NCBI GenBank assembly: GCA_042570925.1
Contig: JBHPFX010000006.1
Location: forward strand, 1-47,830
Source: Patescibacteria group bacterium
Lineage (GTDB): Bacteria; Patescibacteriota; Patescibacteriia; UBA10025
DNA length: 47,830 nt
Direction: 5' to 3'
This document shows, one piece after another, positions 1 to 9,800 of the stretch; position 1 is the stretch's first letter; each line of letters starts with the position of its first letter. Position numbers and translations under genes: made by a program. Below the pieces are notes generated by a model. That model made no database searches and was not told the origin of the DNA. It worked only from the letters and a program-made list of their open reading frames with translations.

Positions 1-169
1 GATCTATACTATCACTTTATATCCAATAATTCAAGCTGGATTTGCTATTCGTAAACAAGTAATCAGCGATGGCGGACTTAATCTGCAGAGCCAGAGAATA
101 AAACGAAATATTATTACCGTTGCTGAAAAGCCAGCTTGAATTATTGGATATAAAGTGATAGTATAGATC
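1..169. repeat. Perfect 39-bp inverted repeat at window start (1-39 vs 131-169)
   Basis: 1-39 GATCTATACTATCACTTTATATCCAATAATTCAAGCTGG is the exact reverse complement of 131-169. Confidence 0.95.
32..139 (+). CDS. Probable 3' end of an upstream gene (QAGFAIRKQVISDGGL...RNIITVAEKPA*), possibly a class I SAM methyltransferase C-terminus; partial
   Basis: Open frame ends in TGA at 137-139; AGF-x-I ... I-I-T-V-A-x-K resembles methyltransferase C-termini (weak, by eye). Confidence 0.4.
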   Translation, partial: QAGFAIRKQVISDGGLNLQSQRIKRNIITVAEKPA

Positions 170-172
170 CAT

Positions 173-1315
173 ATGAAAAAAGGACTACTTATTGCGTTAG
201 CTCTCATACTCGTGCCGCTTATCGCTTTTGGCGTCACGAAAAGTCAGGACACTATTTATCTCGCAGAAGATGAAATAGTTAATGACAACTACTTTACCTA
301 CGGTAATACCATTACAATTGACGGGACGGTAAATGGCGACCTCATAGCTTTTGGAAACAGTATAACAGTGAATGGGGCGGTGTTAGGAGATGTCATTGCT
401 GGTGCCACAACAATTACCATTAATGGAGATGTTGGAGGAAATATTCGTGCTGCGGGAAATACTGTTGAAATAAACAGTAAAGTTGAGAGGAATGTTAATG
501 CTTTTGGTAGTTCTGTGACGCTTGGAAAAGATGCTTCAATCGGATGGAGTTTTATCTCAGGTGCGGGGACAACCAATGTACGGGGGGAAGTAGCTGGAAA
601 TGTTCAAAGCTATGGCGGAGATATTCTAATTGGTAATTCTATCGGCAATAATGTAATAATCACACTTGACCCTGAAAGCACACTGACAGTTATTTCATCA
701 GCAGTGATTAGTGGTGATTTAACATACTCCGGTGAAAACGAAGCTGATATTGACAGTGGGGCAACGATCACTGGAGAAACAATCCATAAGATTTCCACTG
801 AGGGTGTCCAAAAAGCCACGTCTTTCTTAAGTTCATATTTGCTTCTTTTTAAACTGATTGGACTCTTTGCAATCCTTTTTGCCGGAGTAATAATTGTTTC
901 ATTTTTCCCAAATAAACTCCGCAAATTACTGGATATTTCTCGCACAACTCCGGCGACAACACTTCTTTCAGGTATTCTTACCCTGCTGCTCACACCGCTT
1001 CTCATTGTTATTCTACTTGTCTCTCTTATCGGTGTCCCAGTAGGTCTGATCCTTACGGCTTTCTATGTGATCGCAATTTATCTTTCAACAGTAATTGTCG
1101 GCTCATTAGTCGGACAATATATTTTGCAATTGTTTAAAAAAGATACTGCCAGTCGATCATCACTTTTCTGGTCAATGATGCTTGGAACCACAATTTTCTA
1201 TGCAGCTACAAATACTCCGATAATTGGTTGGCTGATAGGATTTATTGGGACAATATGGGGACTCGGAACAATTGTAGAACACGTTCGCCGGCATCGCGGT
1301 CAAGTCCATGAATAA
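173..1315 (+). CDS. Membrane protein with N-terminal polymer-forming (bactofilin-like) beta-helical repeats and a C-terminal multi-TM region
   Basis: Signal-like N-terminus; repeated G-x-V-x-G-D/N-V/L units (GTVNGDL, GAVLGDV, GDVGGNI, GEVAGNV); about 5-6 hydrophobic helices at the C-terminus. Confidence 0.8.
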   Translation: MKKGLLIALALILVPLIAFGVTKSQDTIYLAEDEIVNDNYFTYGNTITIDGTVNGDLIAFGNSITVNGAVLGDVIAGATTITINGDVGGNIRAAGNTVEINSKVERNVNAFGSSVTLGKDASIGWSFISGAGTTNVRGEVAGNVQSYGGDILIGNSIGNNVIITLDPESTLTVISSAVISGDLTYSGENEADIDSGATITGETIHKISTEGVQKATSFLSSYLLLFKLIGLFAILFAGVIIVSFFPNKLRKLLDISRTTPATTLLSGILTLLLTPLLIVILLVSLIGVPVGLILTAFYVIAIYLSTVIVGSLVGQYILQLFKKDTASRSSLFWSMMLGTTIFYAATNTPIIGWLIGFIGTIWGLGTIVEHVRRHRGQVHE

Positions 1316-2648
1316 AAAAGTTTTTAAATCATACGATATCAGGGGTATCTACCCTGATGATCTAACTGAGGATGTCGCCTACTTGGTCGGTCAGGCTTTT
1401 CCGCATCTTACGAAATCAAAAAAGGTTGTTGTGGGACGGGATATGCGGATTGGATCTCCTGAATTATCTCAGAAACTCATTGAAGGTCTCGTAAGTCAAG
1501 GTATCGATGTCGAAGATATCGGTCTTGTTTCTATAGACGCTTTGTATTTCTCCGTCGGAAAGTTTGAATACGATGGAGGTATTATGGTAACCGCTTCTCA
1601 TAATCCAAAAGAATATAATGGATTTAAAATGGTCTATAAAATCCCCGATGGCATCGAATGGATACGTGGCGTTGAATTATATGAGTTTATCGAAAAGAAC
1701 ACATTTGCAGATAAACCTAAGAAAGGAGTGGTTACTGAGCGCGACTTGATGCCTGAATTTATCGATCATTTGATGTCATTTATTGATATACATAAGATAA
1801 AACCGTTTACCATCGTCGTTGATGCAGGAAATGGTATGGCAGGAAAAGTAATGCCGGAACTTTTTAAAAAGCTTCCGTGTAAACTCATTCCTCTTAACTT
1901 TGAGCTGGATGGTAACTTTCCCGCTCATCCGTCAAATCCCTTGCTCCCAGAATCTCAAGCAGAAATTAAAAAAAGAGTGGTAGCAGAAAAAGCGGATTTT
2001 GGGATAATTTTGGATGGTGACACTGATCGACTGTTTTTTGTTACCGAAAAAGGAGAATTCGTCTCCGCAGACACTACGCTACTCATTTTGGCAAAATACT
2101 TCATTGCGCATAATCCAAATGCGGGAATCGCTTATAACGTCATATGCAGCAAGGCTGTTCGTGAAAGAGTGAAAGAATGGGGCGGCAGACCGCTTCGCAG
2201 CAAGGTTGGGTTCGTCTTTCTTGCACGAGCCATGAAGAAAGAAAAAGGTATTATGAGCGGGGAACTTTCGGCCCACTATGCATTTCGAGATAATTATTAC
2301 GCGGATTCCGGTTTCATCGCATTTCTTATCCTGCTCATGCTCATTTCAGAAGATGACAAGCCCCTTTCAAAAATCATTGAAGGTATTAATCCATACGCAA
2401 AAGCCCCTGAGGTAAATATTAAAGTAAAAGACATTCAAGCCATCATTCAAAAAGTGAAAGAAAAATTCTCTGATGGTGAGCAAGACGAACTCGATGGAAT
2501 CACGGTCGAATATAAAGACTGGTGGTTTAATGTGCGGCCTTCAAATACAGAGCCTCTTTTACGAATTACCGTCGAGGGTGACACTGAAGAAATTCTAAAA
2601 GAGAAACAGCAAGAAGTCGTTGAGTTTATTAAACAGCATGCCGACTAA
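1308..2648 (+). CDS. manB: Phosphomannomutase/phosphoglucomutase
   Basis: FKSYDIRG, catalytic TASHNP, metal loop DGDTDR, GELSAH, VRPSNTEP. Confidence 0.93.
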   Translation: MNKKVFKSYDIRGIYPDDLTEDVAYLVGQAFPHLTKSKKVVVGRDMRIGSPELSQKLIEGLVSQGIDVEDIGLVSIDALYFSVGKFEYDGGIMVTASHNPKEYNGFKMVYKIPDGIEWIRGVELYEFIEKNTFADKPKKGVVTERDLMPEFIDHLMSFIDIHKIKPFTIVVDAGNGMAGKVMPELFKKLPCKLIPLNFELDGNFPAHPSNPLLPESQAEIKKRVVAEKADFGIILDGDTDRLFFVTEKGEFVSADTTLLILAKYFIAHNPNAGIAYNVICSKAVRERVKEWGGRPLRSKVGFVFLARAMKKEKGIMSGELSAHYAFRDNYYADSGFIAFLILLMLISEDDKPLSKIIEGINPYAKAPEVNIKVKDIQAIIQKVKEKFSDGEQDELDGITVEYKDWWFNVRPSNTEPLLRITVEGDTEEILKEKQQEVVEFIKQHAD

Positions 2649-3333
2649 ACGGAGAACTATAGGAAAAAACGGTAATACTCAGGACATCAAAGCCATCATA
2701 TTTGACCTCGATGGCGTTTTGGTAAATTCTGAACCGCTATGGGAAAGAATGACCCGAATGTACTTGAAAAAGAAATATATACATCTTCCGGGTGATTTCA
2801 AAGCATACGTAAACAAACATTTCCGCGGTACTGGACAGCCAGCTATCAATAGATACTTAAAACGACATTTCAGGATTAAGGATTCTTTAAAAATAATTGA
2901 TCGGGAGAAAATGCAGATGATTCTTCATCTTTTTCGCAAACATCTAGCCTATTCATCAACTACGCACACAATACTTCAAAAGCTGGCAAAAAAATATCGC
3001 ATTGCCCTCGTATCCTCCGGACCTCAGAGCACGGTGGATTATGTAATTACTCTTTTACGAGTTCGACCGTTTTTCTCATGTATACTGACTGAAAAAGATG
3101 TATCAGAACAGAAACCAAGTCCACACATTTTTCGAAAAGCGCTAAAAAAGCTCAGGGTCGCTCCTTCAGATTGCATTGTCGTCGAGGATTCTTTTGCTGG
3201 AATCACTGCCGCAAAACGAGCTAAAATGAAATGCATACTGCTTAGAAGGCCGTACAACACCAAGTGGCTCTCAAAAGCAGACTATCATGTCAAACGATTA
3301 TCTCAGATTCCCTCTTTGTTAAAATCAATATAG
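2638..3333 (+). CDS. HAD-superfamily hydrolase (beta-PGM/CbbY-like)
   Basis: Motif I IFDLDGVL, KPSPHIF, VVEDSFAGITAAKRA; ATG at 2638 preferred over TTG at 2620. Confidence 0.88.
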   Translation: MPTKRRTIGKNGNTQDIKAIIFDLDGVLVNSEPLWERMTRMYLKKKYIHLPGDFKAYVNKHFRGTGQPAINRYLKRHFRIKDSLKIIDREKMQMILHLFRKHLAYSSTTHTILQKLAKKYRIALVSSGPQSTVDYVITLLRVRPFFSCILTEKDVSEQKPSPHIFRKALKKLRVAPSDCIVVEDSFAGITAAKRAKMKCILLRRPYNTKWLSKADYHVKRLSQIPSLLKSI

Positions 3334-3343
3334 AATACATAGT

Positions 3344-4867
3344 ATGAAATTAAAGCGTCCCCTTATATTAATAATCATGGATGGTTGGGGTATCGGCACT
3401 GATGACGCCCACAATCCAATTTTTTTGGCTAACACTCCAAATATCGATCACTTCCTTAAAACGTATCCTAATACGATCATTGGCGCCGCCGGACAACATA
3501 TCGGACTTACTCCCGGCCATCAGGGAACATCTGAAGTAGGTCATCTAATTATTGGTGCGGGTCGAAATGTACTTCTGCCGCAATCACAGGTGCAGCAAGC
3601 GATGCAAACTGGAGAAATGACGAAGAATAAGGAATATCTCGAGTCTCTTGCCAAGCTGCAAAAGAATGGTGGAAGACTGCATCTCATGGGCTTGATTTCA
3701 GATAAAGGAGTTCATTCATATGAAGAATCTTGTCATCTTCTCTTAAAACTTGCTAAAGATAAGGGAATTCCGGACGAAAAAATATTCATTCATATTTTCT
3801 CCGACGGAAGAGACACGCCCCCAAAAACAACTAAAATATACATTAAGCGTTTGCAGGATGTTGGCATCGGTCGTATTGCTAGCATCATGGGGAGATGGTG
3901 GGGCATGGATCGCGACCATCGCTGGGAACGAGTTGAAGCGGCATACAAGCTGTACACAGAAGGTGTGGCGCATTATCATGCTTCAACTATCGATGAGGCG
4001 GTTGATCAAGCCTACGACAGAGATGAAACTGACGAATTTATTAAACCAACGATGATTATTCCCGATGGATATTTCAAGGATAATGACGTTGTGTGGAATT
4101 TCAATTATCGAGTTGATAGGGAAATTGAGATCACTCAGGCATTTGTTGAGCCTGATTTTAAGGCATTTGTTCGAAACAAACGACCCAATATTCATTACGT
4201 AGCCATGACCGACTATTATGAGGGTATTCCGTGTCCCGTAGCATATAGGAGAAACTTCCCAAAAAATACTTTAGGAGAAGTGCTCAGTAAGAATCAATTA
4301 ACTCAATTACGTTGCGCTGAAACGGAAAAATGGGTTTACGTAACAAAAATATTCAACGGCCTTGTGGAGACTTCGTTTCCAGGAGAAGTGCGTCAACTCA
4401 TTCCGTCTGATAAAATTCCAACGTATGATCTCAAACCTGAAATGAAAGCAATGCAAATTGCGGAGGAAGTTGTAAAACAAATGGAAGAAAATAGATTTGA
4501 TGTTTATATTATCAATTTTGCAAATCCGGATATCCTTGGTCATACAGGCATACAAAAGGCCATTATGAAAGGGGTAGAAACAGTGGATACGGCTCTGGGT
4601 TTAATTTATCAAAAAATCAAATCGGTAAATGGTATTATGCTTGTCACTGCGGATCATGGGGATGCGGAGATAAATTGGGATTCGGAATCAGACCAACCCC
4701 ATACATTTCATACAGATTCCCATGTTCCATTTATCTATATTGACGAAGAAAATACTTCTACTACGTTTAGAGAAATGGGAAGTCTAAAAGATATTGCTCC
4801 AACAATACTGCAGTTGTTAAATATCCCAAAACCGCCCGAAATGACCGGAGATTCATTATTCATCTAA
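3344..4867 (+). CDS. gpmI: 2,3-bisphosphoglycerate-independent phosphoglycerate mutase
   Basis: LIIMDGWG, SEVGH, DGRDTPP, MDRDHRWERV, AETEK, NPDILGHTG, TADHG. Confidence 0.96.
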   Translation: MKLKRPLILIIMDGWGIGTDDAHNPIFLANTPNIDHFLKTYPNTIIGAAGQHIGLTPGHQGTSEVGHLIIGAGRNVLLPQSQVQQAMQTGEMTKNKEYLESLAKLQKNGGRLHLMGLISDKGVHSYEESCHLLLKLAKDKGIPDEKIFIHIFSDGRDTPPKTTKIYIKRLQDVGIGRIASIMGRWWGMDRDHRWERVEAAYKLYTEGVAHYHASTIDEAVDQAYDRDETDEFIKPTMIIPDGYFKDNDVVWNFNYRVDREIEITQAFVEPDFKAFVRNKRPNIHYVAMTDYYEGIPCPVAYRRNFPKNTLGEVLSKNQLTQLRCAETEKWVYVTKIFNGLVETSFPGEVRQLIPSDKIPTYDLKPEMKAMQIAEEVVKQMEENRFDVYIINFANPDILGHTGIQKAIMKGVETVDTALGLIYQKIKSVNGIMLVTADHGDAEINWDSESDQPHTFHTDSHVPFIYIDEENTSTTFREMGSLKDIAPTILQLLNIPKPPEMTGDSLFI

Positions 4868-4869
4868 AT

Positions 4870-5661
4870 ATGATAGGAATATTTGACTCTGGAATAGGAG
4901 GATTAACCGTGGTAAAAGAGGTTTTTCAACAGCTTCCGGATTACCAACTGGTATATTTTGGTGATACAGCCAGAACACCTTACGGGAATAAGAGTTCAGA
5001 ATTGATCTCGGAATACGCCATCCAGGATGTTCGATTTTTAATAGAAAAAGGAGCTAAACTTATAGTCGCCGCATGCAATACAGCGTCTGCAGTAGCCATG
5101 TATGCAGTTCGGAAAGAATTCCCTGATATACCGATATTTGAAGTCATCACTCCAGCAGTTGAAAAAGCCACCGCAATCTCTATGACGAAGCGGATTGGAG
5201 TAATAGGAACAACGGCAACAATTAATAGCAATATTTACCAAAAGCTGATAAAAGAAAAAGGCGCTGACTTCACTATCATAGAAAAAGCTTGTCCGCTTTT
5301 TGTTCCGCTCGTAGAAGAAAACTGGCAGAAATCAACTGAAGCGAAAATGATTGTCAGGAAATATATAGCACCATTAAAGTTGAAGTCGATCGATACACTG
5401 ATTCTCGGCTGTACTCATTATCCACTTTTAAAAGCTATGATTCAGCAAAAAGCCGGAAAAAATATTTCAATTGTTGATCCGGCTCATGAAACAATTCTCT
5501 CGGTACAATCATATCTTAAAGAACACGCTGACATTGCTGATACCTTACCCAAGAACGCAGATCACACTTTTTACTTCAGTGACGTAACGCCTAAAGTCAG
5601 GGAGATTTCAACCAAGTGGCTTGGGCGAAATATTTCCTTAAAGAAAATTCACCTTGGATAA
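4870..5661 (+). CDS. murI: Glutamate racemase
   Basis: IGIFDSGIGG, catalytic ACNTAS and LGCTHYP. Confidence 0.97.
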   Translation: MIGIFDSGIGGLTVVKEVFQQLPDYQLVYFGDTARTPYGNKSSELISEYAIQDVRFLIEKGAKLIVAACNTASAVAMYAVRKEFPDIPIFEVITPAVEKATAISMTKRIGVIGTTATINSNIYQKLIKEKGADFTIIEKACPLFVPLVEENWQKSTEAKMIVRKYIAPLKLKSIDTLILGCTHYPLLKAMIQQKAGKNISIVDPAHETILSVQSYLKEHADIADTLPKNADHTFYFSDVTPKVREISTKWLGRNISLKKIHLG

Positions 5662-5672
5662 CAAAACGCTCC

Positions 5673-6761
5673 TCATCCCTCAGGATACGGAGCGTTGAGA
5701 GTGTCTGCATGCTGTTGCAGGCATTCTTTGATTTGGTGATCGAGTCGGTGCTCGATTGCCTTAAGGGCATTTCCGATGGCATTCATTATCGCAGTAGGTG
5801 TTGATTTCCCGTGTGCGATAATCACCTCACCGTTTACACCCAATAAGGGAAGTCCGCCGTACTTCTCATAATCAAAGGCTCGCTTGAGTGCAGTAATGGT
5901 TGGACTTAAGAGCCACCGACCAATAAGTGCAAACAGTATCTGATCAGGACGGCCGTTTTTCACGATCATTCTGAGCTGACCCTGCAATGCCATGAATGCC
6001 CCTTCCGTAGTTTTGAGGCACACATTGCCGATTACTCCGTCACACACGATAACATTCGCAGGTCCGTCAAATACGTTATTACCCTGCACATTTCCGTGGA
6101 AACTTACACCGTTGTCGCGTAATCGTCGAAGCAACTCGTTCGCGCCGACAATCTTCAGTCTTTTACTGCCAGCGACTACTACGTTGCCCTTGTTGTCTTC
6201 TTCACCATTACTCATGAGCCCGATACAGGGACGTGAAATTCCGACCACATACTTGGCATACATGGCTCCCATAAGTCCAAACTGGGCTAGGTGGATCGGC
6301 TGACAATCAACCATCGCTCCCACATCGAGCACCACTTTAGGACCGTTAAGAGCCGGGAATGTTGCCGCGATTGCCGGATATTTCACTAGTTTGATTCTTC
6401 CCAGAATACTACTGGCAATCACGGTGACCGCGCCAGTATTACCTGCGCTCACGAATGCATGCGCCCTTCCTTCAGAGAGTGTGCGCAATCCTACATGAAT
6501 GGAGGATCCCCCTTTTCCACGAAGCACAACCGCCGGATTCTCTTTCATTCCCACTACTTGGGATGCATGAACAATCTTCAAACGTGAAGCATCAAACCGA
6601 TGCTGGTTCAGTAGAGGTTGTAGAGTTTGATTGTCACCTACGAGGAAAATTCCGAAGTCTTGACCATCAAGTTCGTGCAATGCGAGTATTGCTCCTTCGA
6701 TGGGATTCTGAGGACAATAATCGCCGCCCATCGCGTCAACCGCTATCCAAGACCTGGGCAT
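5673..6761 (-). CDS. plsX: Phosphate acyltransferase PlsX
   Basis: IAVDAMGGD, VSAGNTGA, LDVGA, NGEEDNKG, YGGLPLLGVNG, IAHGKS; strong SD GGGAGG. Confidence 0.92.
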   Translation of the reverse strand: MPRSWIAVDAMGGDYCPQNPIEGAILALHELDGQDFGIFLVGDNQTLQPLLNQHRFDASRLKIVHASQVVGMKENPAVVLRGKGGSSIHVGLRTLSEGRAHAFVSAGNTGAVTVIASSILGRIKLVKYPAIAATFPALNGPKVVLDVGAMVDCQPIHLAQFGLMGAMYAKYVVGISRPCIGLMSNGEEDNKGNVVVAGSKRLKIVGANELLRRLRDNGVSFHGNVQGNNVFDGPANVIVCDGVIGNVCLKTTEGAFMALQGQLRMIVKNGRPDQILFALIGRWLLSPTITALKRAFDYEKYGGLPLLGVNGEVIIAHGKSTPTAIMNAIGNALKAIEHRLDHQIKECLQQHADTLNAPYPEG

Positions 6762-6829
6762 ATGCCCTCCCTTATCAAAGTTAAAGAACCCTTTTTGCTA
6801 TTTGACCTATCTTATCAAAAGACATAATA

Positions 6830-6864
6830 AAAGCAAACCCCCCCTGCTTATATCGGCAGGGGGG
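6830..6864 (-). terminator. Intrinsic terminator of the large surface-protein gene
   Basis: CCCCCCTGC/GCAGGGGGG stem followed on the minus strand by TTTGCTTTT. Confidence 0.8.
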
Positions 6865-6885
6865 ATTAATCTATTCTTCGTTGTT

Positions 6886-9800
6886 TTATCTCCCAGTAGT
6901 CAGCTCTACGCCGCCTTGGAACGCTTCCGGATATGCCATAAAGTTCGCTTCAAGAGTTAGCGTATCATCCGTGTATCCAAATGCCTGCACATGCGGACCG
7001 CCGTTATTCAATGGCGATACAAGTATTTCCGACGTACCATCTCCTTCGAGATCAGCGATTACTACGTGCATTTTACCTCTCCAAGCAGTTGGGAATACCA
7101 TTTGATCAGCCATAGATATCAGTCCCTCGGTATCAGAATCATATTCCCATACCCGTACATGTGCGCCACCTATCACTCTTGGGGAAGTAACAATCTCCAG
7201 ATATCCATCATAATCAAGATCAGAAACTGCAATTGTTACACCTCCCCTGAAATTATCTTGGTACGCCATCACGTGATCAAGCAGGTCAAATGATCCAGTT
7301 GCTGCATTATACGTAAAGACCCTCACATGCGGACCGCCAGCAGTTGGTGTGGTGATAATTTCTGAGTTGCCATTGTTGTCTATATTCCCAAGTTTTACTT
7401 CAACTCCGCCACGATACGTCTCAGCGTATGACCAGAATTGCGTGAGAAGAGAAAGAGAGGTGCCGTCGTACTCATATATCCGAATCTGCGGCCCACCTTC
7501 ACTCGCAGGACTAACGATAATCTCTTTATTACTGTCTCCCTGTACGTTTCCGACCGTAATATTCACACCGCCCTGAAACGAATCATCAAATGTCATGGTC
7601 CAGTCTACCAGCTCAAGCAATTCAGTGGATGCATTGTAGGTATATACGCGAACATTCGGGCCTCCAGGTGCAAGAGGTGAAGTAATAATTTCCGCTGCAT
7701 CATCACCATCAAGATCATTTACAAGCATGGTAAATTCACCGCGATATGTTTCCCCGTACGGCAAAATCCAGTCAACAAGCTCAAATGCTTCCGTTGTGGC
7801 ATTGTAGGTAAATACCCTGACATTCGGGCCTCCATTCTTATCAGGCTGAGTAACAATATCAAGCTGGCCATCGCCCGTCACATCTGCGACTTTCATTTTC
7901 ATTCCGCCCCGATACTCTTCCTGATAGGCAAAGAAGTGGGTCAAGAATCCACCATGGTTATCAAACACTCGTACCTGAGAAGCAAATCCCTCCCCAGGAG
8001 AAGTGAGAATTTCCTTATTTCCATCTCCGGTAACGTCTGCTGTTATTGCATTAAAGTCCCCACTTAAATTTTCATTATAGGCGAAGAATGATCCAACGAC
8101 CGTACCGTCCTTTTCAAAGACACGCACATGCGGAGCCCCATCATGGGGTATAGTCACGATAGTGGATTCAATGCCGGTTGCGCCGCCAGGTTCATCCACA
8201 TCAGCAGAGTATACTACTGCCCTAGAAACTGTTTCTGCCTCACCAACACCATTCTCAGCATCTATGGTAACCGTGTTTGTACCTATTGAGAGCCCTGTCA
8301 CAACTTCTGAGAAAGCTCCGGTCGTGGAATCAACTGATACTGCACCTACACTTGTGCCATCTAATGCGATCGTAACTGTTGCCGTAGAATCTGAGACAGT
8401 TCCCTCCACTAACAGGGAGTCAACTTGCACTGTCGTGTTGTCTGCCGGAGACGTTAGTGTAACTGTGGGTGCGGACATGTCCGAGGACGTCAGTGAAAAT
8501 GTCGTCAAGTGATTAACTGATGACGTTTGGCAGTTATTATCGTCATCTGCTGTAACCGTTCCCGGAGAAATCCAAGCACCGGCATTTTCATCCCAGTATT
8601 TCGAAGAGAGATCGTCATCAGTCAAGCCTAGGTCTGTCATTTGATCTTCGTTCCAACACTGTGTCACTGTGATATTAGAGCTAAATTGGCTTTCAACTTC
8701 CATGTTATTTTTGTACGCTATGATATCAACTCCATAGGTCGGTACTTTATCAGTATCTGTATCCGGAACTTCATACTGAGGTGCGACCGTGATCTTAATT
8801 GTATCATTGCTATCATTGGAAATAGCATTGGCAGGAATATTTACTGATACGCTTCCGTCTCCAAGTTCTACAACTGCCGGATTATTAGCATTGAATGTTG
8901 CCGTTACAGGATCAGGAATATTTTCAGCGACAAGAGATAACTCCAAGTCAATTGTTTCCTGTGCACTATCAACGGTAATAACTTGTTCTTTGCTCTTGTA
9001 AAAATCACTGCCAATTTTACTCTTTGCCGTTACGTGCCATGTATCTCCCTGGGTAATGTTAAGTGAGTACCCACCGCCAAACGAGGAAGTTTCAACCCTG
9101 CCACCTTCTTCAGCCCATGCTGTGACATATGCAACAGCTGCGCTTCCATCGATTGTTGTAGATCCGGAAATTACTGCATCTGATTCACGAAATTGCATAG
9201 TAACGGAAAGTGTTTCGCCGCTTACCATAGAAAGCGTTTGTTTGGATGGACTGATGTACGAATATCCAGGTGGAAGTGCGGTAGATATGTAATACGTGAT
9301 TGGGCTTGAGGCAGTTCCCCCAGGAACACCGACTTGAGTCGTACCATCAGCACCCGTCATTTGCCCCATCATACCAGGTCCCATGAAACCTCCCATTCCC
9401 GGACCGCCAAATCCCCCGGGGCCGGCTTCTTGTTTTCCTGATGAAGTTGAAATATCCACAAAAGCTCCCGGCATCGGATTTCCTTGCGGATCTTTTACTG
9501 TTACATTTACATATGAATCAATTTTTCTTAGGGTGAGATTTTTAGTAACTGTTTGGCCCGAGATAGCGGTTACTTGTGTATTTCCAAGCGAACCCGAAAC
9601 GTACCCAAGCGTAGGATCGAGCCATACCCCTAAATTATAATCGCCTGCTGCTAAGCTCATGGAATACGTGCCGTCAATAGGATTCACTCGTGTATCAGTA
9701 AATGTCATGCTTTCAAAGTTATCCGCAAATACATTTGCGGTAGCACCAGTGATTGCATTGCCGTCACCATCAATTATCTTACCGCTTACCGTGGCATCGT

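Noticed and set aside
6779-6792. boxA-like GTTCTTTAAC upstream of plsX (similar GGTTCTTTAAG near 28887-28897)
   Set aside because: A short AT-rich match; it cannot be distinguished from chance without genome-wide counts.
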